Assembly: GCA_027003115.1 (NCBI GenBank)
Contig: JALWYS010000065.1
Location: 4,655-68,654, forward strand
Length of the DNA: 64,000 nt
Source: Deltaproteobacteria bacterium
Lineage (GTDB): Bacteria; Desulfobacterota; Dissulfuribacteria; Dissulfuribacterales; QOAL01
Direction of reading: 5' to 3'
Shown here: piece after piece, positions 57,920-64,000 of the stretch
Numbering within the stretch: position 1 is the stretch's first letter
How the letters are laid out: every line of letters begins with the position of its first letter
Position numbers and translations under genes: made by a program
The notes under the pieces: generated by a model
The model's input: only the letters and a program-made list of their open reading frames with translations
Databases searched by the model: none
What the model was told of the DNA's origin: nothing

Positions 57920-59149
57920 CTACAGATTGTAGGCTGTCTCACTGTGCTGGGAAAGGTCAAGGCCCTGAACCTCGTCTTCGGCTGGTACCCTCAATCCAAA
58001 TAGTGCGTCAACTATCTTAAGGAGTACAAAACTCACCACAAAGGCGTAAATCAATACTACAAGTACAGCAAAGGCCTGCGTGGCAAAAAAAGATGGGTTT
58101 CCAGCAAGAAGACCATCTGCTCCACCGGGATTTACTGCCTTTGAGGCAAATATGCCGAGCATGAGCGTTCCGGCAAAGCCCCCCAGTCCGTGAATTCCTA
58201 CAACGTCCAGGCTGTCGTCATAACCAAGTTTTTCCTTAAGGGATACGGCAAAGTAACAGATCACCCCTGCAATAAGGCCAATAATGATAGCTGAGTTTGC
58301 ACTTATAAAGCCAGCTGCAGGTGTAACTGTTGCAAGTCCTGCGATTGCGCCTGATGCGGCGCCCAGCGTAGTTGCTTTTCCCTGACGTATCTTTTCCATA
58401 AAGCACCAGCTAGCCATTGCGGCCATGCCTGCAAGATGTGTGGCTACAAAGGCCGTAGCTGCTATGCCATTGGCAGCAAGGGCGCTACCACCGTTAAAGC
58501 CAAACCAACCGAACCACAAAAGTCCTGTCCCTAATAGGGTCATTGGCAGATTGTGAGGCATGAAACTCCTTTTTCCAAAACCCTGTCTTGGACCCAAGAC
58601 TAGGACTGCAGCCAGGGCTGCCGCACCAGATGTCAAGTGGACAACTATACCGCCTGCAAAATCCAGGGCTCCTTTTGCTCCAAGCCAGCCACCAGAACCC
58701 CATATCCAGTGGCAGACTGGATTGTAAACTGCTATCGCCCAAACAAGGCTAAATACAATAAACGGGCCAAACTTCATCCTTTCGGCAAATGCCCCTGTGA
58801 TAAGAGCAGGGGTAATTATGGCAAACATGCACTGATAAATCATGAAAAGGACATGGGGAATGGTGGTAGCATAGGTGCTGCTTGGCGCGGCTCCCACGCC
58901 TTTAAGGCCGAACCATGATAGGTCTCCAATGAAACCACCAACGTCAGGACCAAAGGACATGGAATAGCCAATATATACCCATTCAAAGCTAATAATGGCT
59001 ATCATGATCAGACTGTGCATGATGGTGCCTAGTACATTTTTGTTACGTACCATCCCTCCATAAAAAAGCCCAAGAGCCGGGGTCATCAGAAGGACAAGCG
59101 CTGCCGATACCAAGATGAAAGCGGTATCCCCTGCTGAAATTTGTGCCAT
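57920..59149 (-). CDS. amtB: ammonium transporter (Amt family), copy 1
   Basis: 409 aa. Motifs DTAFILVSAALVLLMTPALGLFYGG, DFAGGIVVHLTS and DVVGIHGLGGFAGT. It is a tandem paralog of the downstream copy. Confidence 0.95.
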   Translation of the reverse strand: MAQISAGDTAFILVSAALVLLMTPALGLFYGGMVRNKNVLGTIMHSLIMIAIISFEWVYIGYSMSFGPDVGGFIGDLSWFGLKGVGAAPSSTYATTIPHVLFMIYQCMFAIITPALITGAFAERMKFGPFIVFSLVWAIAVYNPVCHWIWGSGGWLGAKGALDFAGGIVVHLTSGAAALAAVLVLGPRQGFGKRSFMPHNLPMTLLGTGLLWFGWFGFNGGSALAANGIAATAFVATHLAGMAAMASWCFMEKIRQGKATTLGAASGAIAGLATVTPAAGFISANSAIIIGLIAGVICYFAVSLKEKLGYDDSLDVVGIHGLGGFAGTLMLGIFASKAVNPGGADGLLAGNPSFFATQAFAVLVVLIYAFVVSFVLLKIVDALFGLRVPAEDEVQGLDLSQHSETAYNL

Positions 59150-59374
59150 ATTTCCTCCCTTCGTAGAAATAGTTTGTAAAGCCAGGAATTGCCCGGAGGC
59201 AAACTCCTATTTGATTGAAAGTTAATCAGTTCTAGTGCCAACAAGATTTTTTTGCAAGCAGTATTACAATTTTGAAATGTAAAATTTGGAATATTACCAA
59301 AATGTAAAAACACATGAGAATTTCTGGGTTAAGTTACCTGCCAAATTATGTCACTTATTTTGCCCTTTTGGGGC

Positions 59375-59398
59375 GAAATTTTTTCGCCTCCAATCTTT
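59375..59398 (+). repeat. direct repeat copy 1 (contains the palindrome GGCGAAA-TTT-TTTCGCC at 59372-59388)
   Basis: GAAATTTTTTCGCCTCCAATCTTT recurs, with two small indels, at 59906-59931. Confidence 0.5.
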
Positions 59399-59514
59399 GT
59401 TGTGGTTTTAAAGCAATTTTTTAGGCTTTAAACAGCAAGTTCAGCCAAAAATTCAGGTACGGATAATGAAGAGATTGTTTCAAATACAGAAATCATCACC
59501 AAAAGGAGAGAAAA

Positions 59515-59589
59515 ATGGGAATAAAGGTTGTTTACTGGGTATTGCTTGTGATTCTTTTAGCCTTTTTACCTGGCAAGGGGTATTCGTGA
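59515..59589 (+). CDS. candidate small hydrophobic peptide (24 aa)
   Basis: AGGAG (59504-59508) lies 6 nt before the ATG. The ORF encodes MGIKVVYWVLLVILLAFLPGKGYS followed by TGA. It is below the ORF-track size cutoff and no homology can be assessed. Confidence 0.2.
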   Translation: MGIKVVYWVLLVILLAFLPGKGYS

Positions 59590-59766
59590 GGTGGGCCTAA
59601 GCCGCTTGTTCCAACCGGCCAGGAGATTCAAAAGATTAAACACGATAATAGGGACACCAATGTGCCGAAGGTAAAAAAGAAGAAAACCTCACGCGAGGTA
59701 GTGGCAACCAACTTCTCTGAGTAACCCTTATTCAAGAAGACCTTTGTACAAGATCCTAATGTAAAA

Positions 59767-59803
59767 CCAGAAATGGAAATGTAACTTTCATTTCCGTTTC
59801 TGG
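59767..59803. terminator. 15-bp hairpin in the amt / exported-protein spacer
   Basis: CCAGAAATGGAAATG-taacttt-CATTTCCGTTTCTGG (one G-U pair on the + strand). On the - strand it is followed by TTTTAC, about 130 nt downstream of the stop of the 59932..61116 gene. Confidence 0.4.
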
Positions 59804-59905
59804 TCATTTCAACAACAGCGTTTTAGAACTCCGTTATAGAGTGGCTAAAATAGCTTCTTAACTTTTCTTCCTGAGGTAAAATCGAAATACCCAAGAAAAA
59901 CGGTA

Positions 59906-59931
59906 GAAAAATTTTTTCGCCCAATCCTTTT
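59906..59931 (+). repeat. direct repeat copy 2
   Basis: GAAAAATTTTTTCGCCCAATCCTTTT, the imperfect copy of 59375-59398, abuts the stop codon of the exported-protein gene. Confidence 0.5.
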
Positions 59932-61116
59932 CTAAAACACGAATCTTTCTATATTAAAGACCCGTCCATTCCAGATAAGCCTTGCCGTTGAGTCTGAAAG
60001 GAACTCCACTACAACCTTTTCCTTATCAAAGGCGGTTGGCAACTCATAGGTACACCCCGGGCATTGGCCTCCGTGCCACTCCTTGAGTGTTGCCACAAAG
60101 GTTTCATCAGTAGGTTTAAAGGTTTCAGAGGCAGTCCACCAAAGGGGATTGCCAAAGATGTCGTAATTGTACCAGGCAAGAAACATGACCTCCGCCTGGG
60201 CCTCCATGAAAAACCCCATGCCTTCAAGGCCTGGGCAGTACCACCAGCCATGGATGTTTCTCGAATCCCTTTCCCCAGGTGCAAGGCTGTCCATGAACTT
60301 TACCATGGTGGCGTTTCCGCTTACCCCATTGTATGTCCATGAAAAGGCCGTAGAGTTGGCATCAGAAAGATCAAGATTCACCGTGCCAACAGGCTCAGGG
60401 GTGGGCAGTGAATAGCTGTCCTCCAGGTACCAGCCGTGCCATTTGTACAGGGTGCCAGAAAAGCTGTTGTTGGTTATCACCCCTGATGAGCTCATCCAGA
60501 TGGGATTTCCGCTGGTGTCGTAGGTGTACCACCCCATGAACAGTTTGCCGTTTTGTATCTCAATGGATATACCAGAGCCCAAAGCGTCCTTGTCGTACCA
60601 CCAGCCTGTCTTGTCGCTTCCTGCGTGTTGGGAGAGGGTTATCTTGTAGTTCCATGTACATGAGACGCCGTTTGAGAAGTTGTACACCGAAGTCCCAGTG
60701 CCAAGGGCCGAGGTTGGAGAAGTCCATGTGATGGAGATGGTATTTGTTATGGTTCCGCCGCTTGAGTCTGCAAGATGGTTTGATACCACTATGTTTTTTT
60801 CTGTCTGGAAGGCGCCCTGATAAACGCAGGCCTCGTTTGGATTGCATGTCATGCCAGAAAGGAATACAAGTGTTACCCTTGTAGAGTTGGCCTCTTTTGT
60901 AAGGGATATGGTGCCAGACGCCGGATTTCCGGGAGGGCACGTGCCAGTAACGGTGTAGCTGGAAGTGTTGAAATTCCAAAGGCCGTTGATGTCCAGATAG
61001 GCGGAATCTGCATCCTTTCCTATGGAAATTCCTGCCGCGTAGGAAGGGGTTTCAACAGCGAGAATTCCTGTCATGAAAAGTGCTAAACATATTGAAATCA
61101 ATAAGTTATTCTTCAT
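59932..61116 (-). CDS. secreted protein of unknown function with two internal Trp/Tyr-rich repeats of about 105 aa
   Basis: Signal peptide MKNNLLISICLALFMTGILAVETPSYA. The repeats are GWWYDKDALGSGISIEIQNGKLFMGWYTYDTSGNPIW and GWWYCPGLEGMGFFMEAQAEVMFLAWYNYDIFGNPLW. Confidence 0.7.
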   Translation of the reverse strand: MKNNLLISICLALFMTGILAVETPSYAAGISIGKDADSAYLDINGLWNFNTSSYTVTGTCPPGNPASGTISLTKEANSTRVTLVFLSGMTCNPNEACVYQGAFQTEKNIVVSNHLADSSGGTITNTISITWTSPTSALGTGTSVYNFSNGVSCTWNYKITLSQHAGSDKTGWWYDKDALGSGISIEIQNGKLFMGWYTYDTSGNPIWMSSSGVITNNSFSGTLYKWHGWYLEDSYSLPTPEPVGTVNLDLSDANSTAFSWTYNGVSGNATMVKFMDSLAPGERDSRNIHGWWYCPGLEGMGFFMEAQAEVMFLAWYNYDIFGNPLWWTASETFKPTDETFVATLKEWHGGQCPGCTYELPTAFDKEKVVVEFLSDSTARLIWNGRVFNIERFVF

Positions 61117-61304
61117 AATGAACCTCTTTTTACTTATCGAGTCATCTTCTTCTTATCTAAAGTGAGCAAAAAGGAGACCAGCCAGACCAGGGTCAGCCAA
61201 TAGATTCGAAGTCTTAAAGGGAATGATTTTTGTGGCGCAACAAAGTAACCTGTGTATTCAACTATGCAGTCAGGAGAATAACGGGGCATAAAAAGGAGGA
61301 GCAG

Positions 61305-61679
61305 TTGAACAGGTACATTCCTTTAATCCTTGCAGGGGTGCTTCTTAATGCCGCAGCCCAGATCGTTATAAAAAAGGGCATGTCAGACATCGGCACCTTT
61401 GAATTTTCCTTTGAGAACATCATCCCTGTGGGGCTCAAGGTGGTAACAAGCCCCTTTGTCATTACAGGGGTCTTTTTCTATGTGGTAAGTCTGGCGCTTT
61501 GGCTCATGGTCCTTTCCAGGGTGGATGTAAGTTATGCCTATCCAATGTTGAGCGTGGGGTACATAGTGGCGGCCCTTGCCGGTAAGTATTTATTTAATGA
61601 ACCCCTTGGGCTTGTGCGTTGGGCCGGCATCATTGTCATCTGTATTGGAGTCTATCTCATTACAAGGAGCGCTGCCTGA
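61305..61679 (+). CDS. small EamA/SMR-like membrane protein (ArnE/ArnF-type flippase-subunit-like)
   Basis: About 124 aa with 4 TM helices. AAGGAGGAG lies upstream of TTG 61305. It is followed directly by arnB-like and arnD-like genes. The ORF-track start at 61230 adds an implausible hydrophilic leader. Confidence 0.6.
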   Translation: MNRYIPLILAGVLLNAAAQIVIKKGMSDIGTFEFSFENIIPVGLKVVTSPFVITGVFFYVVSLALWLMVLSRVDVSYAYPMLSVGYIVAALAGKYLFNEPLGLVRWAGIIVICIGVYLITRSAA

Positions 61680-61680
61680 C

Positions 61681-62850
61681 ATGAAGGAAAAGGATTTTAT
61701 CTCCTTTTGCAGGCCAACCATAGGGGAAGAGGAGATCAAAGAGGTGGTTGACAGCCTGAAAAGCGGCTGGATCACCACAGGGCCAAAGGTTGCAAGGCTT
61801 GAGCAGGAATTTAGAAGGTGGCTCGGAGAGCACCAGGAGGCCGTTGCAGTAAACTCTGCAACAGCAGGCCTGCATCTTGCCCTTCTGACCCTTGATCTTA
61901 AGCCTGGTGACGAGGTGATAACAACTCCCATCACCTGGCCTTCCACTGTGAACAACATAGTAGTCTGCGGAGCAAGGCCTGTCTTTGCAGACGTTGACAG
62001 GGACACTCTGCAGATAATGGCGCAGGAGACAGAAAAAAGGATAACAGGGCGCACAAGGGCGGTAATACCCGTTCACTTTGCAGGCGCTCCAGTGGATCTT
62101 GACCCAATAAGAAGTCTTTGCCAGGAAAGAGGTATTGATCTTATTGAAGATGCGGCCCATGCAGTGGGAACCAGTTACAAGGGAAGGCCCATTGGCTCAG
62201 ACAGCGAGGTGGCCGTCTTTTCCTTCCACCCTATAAAGAACATGACAACCGGGGAAGGGGGCATGATACTGTGCAGCAGCAGGAAGCGGGCAGATCGGAT
62301 GCGGAGGCTTCGCTTTCACGGCATATCAAGGGATGCCTGGAAACGCTATTCAAGAGGCGGGAGCCCCCAGTACGAGGTGGTGGAGCCTGGCTTCAAGTAC
62401 AACATGCTTGATATCGAGGCAGCCATCGGGTTGCACCAGCTTGAAAAGCTTACAAATTTCAATGAAAGAAGACGCCTTCTTGCAAAAAACTATCTTGAGC
62501 TTCTCTCCCATGTCCCAGGACTCATGCCCCTTAAGCCTCCTTCCTATGCCCACGAGCATGCCTGGCATCTCTTTGTAGTAAGGCTCGATATTGATAGGCT
62601 TAGAATTGGAAGGGACGAGTTTATCACCAAGCTCGGGGATGAGGGGATAGGTGTGGGGCTTCATTTCCCGTCAGTTCACCTCCAGAAGTTTTACAGGGAA
62701 AGATACGGCTTCAAAAGGGGAATGCTTCCAAATGCAGAGTGGAACAGTGACAGGATCTTCTCCCTTCCCCTCTATCCACTTCTTACAGAAAAAGAGCAGG
62801 AACGGGTTGTTTCAAGCCTTAAAAAGCTCCTTAAGAGATATGAAAGATGA
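61681..62850 (+). CDS. arnB: DegT/DnrJ/EryC1-family PLP aminotransferase (ArnB-like UDP-4-amino-4-deoxy-L-arabinose aminotransferase)
   Basis: RPTIGEEEIKEVVDSLKSGWITTGPKV, and FSFHPIKNMTTGEGGM (PLP Lys). ATG 61681 lies 1 nt after the upstream stop. Confidence 0.8.
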   Translation: MKEKDFISFCRPTIGEEEIKEVVDSLKSGWITTGPKVARLEQEFRRWLGEHQEAVAVNSATAGLHLALLTLDLKPGDEVITTPITWPSTVNNIVVCGARPVFADVDRDTLQIMAQETEKRITGRTRAVIPVHFAGAPVDLDPIRSLCQERGIDLIEDAAHAVGTSYKGRPIGSDSEVAVFSFHPIKNMTTGEGGMILCSSRKRADRMRRLRFHGISRDAWKRYSRGGSPQYEVVEPGFKYNMLDIEAAIGLHQLEKLTNFNERRRLLAKNYLELLSHVPGLMPLKPPSYAHEHAWHLFVVRLDIDRLRIGRDEFITKLGDEGIGVGLHFPSVHLQKFYRERYGFKRGMLPNAEWNSDRIFSLPLYPLLTEKEQERVVSSLKKLLKRYER

Positions 62851-63761
62851 GTGAGAAAGAGGCAATTTGTTTGAAGATAGACGTTGATACCCACGACGGC
62901 ATGAAAAACGGCGTTGCGGCCCTTCTTGAGGACCTTTCACACTTTGGTGTAAAGGCCACCTTTTGTCTGTCCTTTGGCCCAGACAATTCCGGAAAGGCCA
63001 TATTTCGCCTCCTAAGGGATACAAGATTCCTAAAAAAGATGCTAAGGACAGGGGCTCCAAGGCTCTACGGCCTACGTACGGTTCTCTCCGGCACGCTTCT
63101 TCCGGCAAGGCCGATAGCCACTGCCTTTCCAGGGCTTTGTCAAAGGATACGGGATGAGGGGCACGAGGTCATTGTGCATGCATGGGATCACAGGAGATGG
63201 CAGGATCATCTTCCCCAAATGGGAAGGCAGGAGATAAGGGCGCATTTCCAAAGGGCCTTTACTTCATACAGGAAGATACTTGGGATGAGGCCATGGGCGG
63301 TTGCAGCCCCGGGCTGGCAGGTCACACCCAGGAGCCTTGAGGTGCAAGACGAACTGGGCCTTCTATATGCAAGTGATCTCAGGGAGGGGGTGCCGTGTCT
63401 CCTTGAGGCTAAGGGAAAGAGGTATCGCACCCTCCAGATTCCCACCACAGGCCCATGTATTGAAGAGCTTCTTGCAATAGGAATGAGGGATGAGGATGAG
63501 ATGAAGATCGCCCTTCTTGACGGGCTTATGAGGGCGGATTTTCCTGTTCTTGCCCTACATGCCGAGGTTGAAGGGGGCCCCTTCCGTCCCTTTTTCAGAA
63601 GGCTAATGACCGCTCTTAAAAAACGCTTTCAGGGCTTTTTTACCTTGGGTGAGCTTGCAACAGGCCTTCTTGAGGCACCTGAAAGGATAGAGGTGTGCAG
63701 GCTTGGTTTCATAGAACTTCCCGGAAGGGCAGGGACCGTTGCCACGGGGATCAGGAAATAG
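62847..63761 (+). CDS. arnD: polysaccharide-deacetylase-family protein (ArnD-like deformylase)
   Basis: ICLKIDVDTHDGMKNGV...GVKATFCLSFGPDNSGKAI and VHAWDH. The start overlaps the arnB-like stop (ATGA). Confidence 0.7.
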   Translation: MSEKEAICLKIDVDTHDGMKNGVAALLEDLSHFGVKATFCLSFGPDNSGKAIFRLLRDTRFLKKMLRTGAPRLYGLRTVLSGTLLPARPIATAFPGLCQRIRDEGHEVIVHAWDHRRWQDHLPQMGRQEIRAHFQRAFTSYRKILGMRPWAVAAPGWQVTPRSLEVQDELGLLYASDLREGVPCLLEAKGKRYRTLQIPTTGPCIEELLAIGMRDEDEMKIALLDGLMRADFPVLALHAEVEGGPFRPFFRRLMTALKKRFQGFFTLGELATGLLEAPERIEVCRLGFIELPGRAGTVATGIRK

Positions 63762-63764
63762 TCC

Positions 63765-64000
63765 ATGAGAGTTGCCGTGGTAAGGAGGCAGTGCGGCCTT
63801 GGCCTTGGCGGTGCAGAAAGGTACTGCGCAAATGTTGCCATCTGGCTTTCAAGACTGGGCCACAAGGTCACCGTCATTGCAGACAGCTCCACAGTGAAGG
63901 GAGTTGATTTTAAAAGGGCGAGGGTATGGGGAAGAGGAAGCATCCTCAAGAATCTGTCATTTTTCCACTCTGTCAGAAGTGTCTTAAAGGCCGGGGAGTT
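63765..64000 (+). CDS. glycosyltransferase family 4 (GT-B) protein, N-terminal fragment (runs off the window)
   Basis: Manual translation from ATG 63765 gives MRVAVVRRQCGLGLGGAERYCANVAIWLSRLGHKVTVIAD, the typical GT4 N-terminus with GGAERY. It is open to the window end and absent from the ORF track because no stop is reached. Confidence 0.6.
   Translation, partial: MRVAVVRRQCGLGLGGAERYCANVAIWLSRLGHKVTVIADSSTVKGVDFKRARVWGRGSILKNLSFFHSVRSVLKAGE

Noticed and set aside
59225-59240. A sigma-54 promoter for the amtB operon: the minus strand reads TGGCAC-tagaa-CTGAT.
   Set aside because: The -24 element is perfect, but the -12 element lacks the invariant GC (CTGA instead of TTGC). I kept it only as a note; it needs transcription-start mapping.
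59515-59724. Read-through of the mini-ORF's TGA (59587) as selenocysteine, giving a 69-aa protein (…GKGYS-U-GGPKPLVPTGQEIQ…).
   Set aside because: The frame stays open for 44 more codons. That is expected by chance at roughly the 10 percent level. The downstream sequence offers only a poor 5-of-6 stem with no GGUC/GU-type apical loop, and there is no known Sec family context.

Overview
This 64-kb window comes from an anaerobic, flagellated bacterium that uses selenocysteine. The gene content suggests a sulfate-reducing Desulfobacterota-type organism, but that is inference only. All family assignments below rest on motifs I recognise in the translated ORFs; no database search was run.

The dominant feature is a co-directional Wood-Ljungdahl supercluster of about 22.5 kb (3231-25692, + strand). 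It reads fhs, folD, cooS, hdrA, mvhD, an hdrC-like ferredoxin, a second mvhD, metV, a metF::acsD fusion, acsB, acsC, acsE and a giant fdhA.

- **Recoded genes:** hdrA, mvhD and fdhA each contain an in-frame TGA at a conserved Cys/Sec position, followed 20-30 nt later by a hairpin with a GGUC/GUC loop. The supplied ORF track therefore splits each of them into two pieces.
- **Unusual architectures in the cluster:**
  - a tandem two-module HdrA;
  - an MvhD with a winged-helix-like tail;
  - MetF joined to AcsD by a coiled-coil/TPR/Pro-Glu-Lys linker of about 450 aa;
  - a formate dehydrogenase of about 1370 aa carrying its own 2Fe-2S and GltD/NfnB-like NAD(P)H module;
  - no HdrB, CooC or CFeSP activator gene.
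- **Upstream:** a single-polypeptide [NiFe]-hydrogenase (small-subunit module plus large subunit) that ends exactly at the maturation histidine.
- **Housekeeping genes:**
  - sppA (3' fragment), ihfB, tsaC, hslVU, argB;
  - a crp/pstS-like pair, corA, phoH-ybeY-pdxJ-acpS;
  - fliK-flgD-flgE, gmhA, hemC, cobA/hemD;
  - a histidine kinase, a porin, rplU-rpmA-obg-proB;
  - a nitrogen cluster glnA / glnD / glnK-amtB-amtB;
  - an arn-like (aminoarabinose) cluster at the 3' edge.
- **Local anomalies:**
  - a 1-nt frameshift in glnD;
  - ybeY running into pdxJ without a stop codon;
  - an FAD reductase whose Rossmann motif lies upstream of any canonical start codon;
  - a 260-bp nested inverted-repeat (three-way-junction) element upstream of the porin;
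  - a 780-bp non-coding spacer upstream of the amt genes carrying repeats, a 15-bp hairpin and a small ORF.
- **Not found:** rRNA, tRNA, CRISPR arrays, transposases or integrases.
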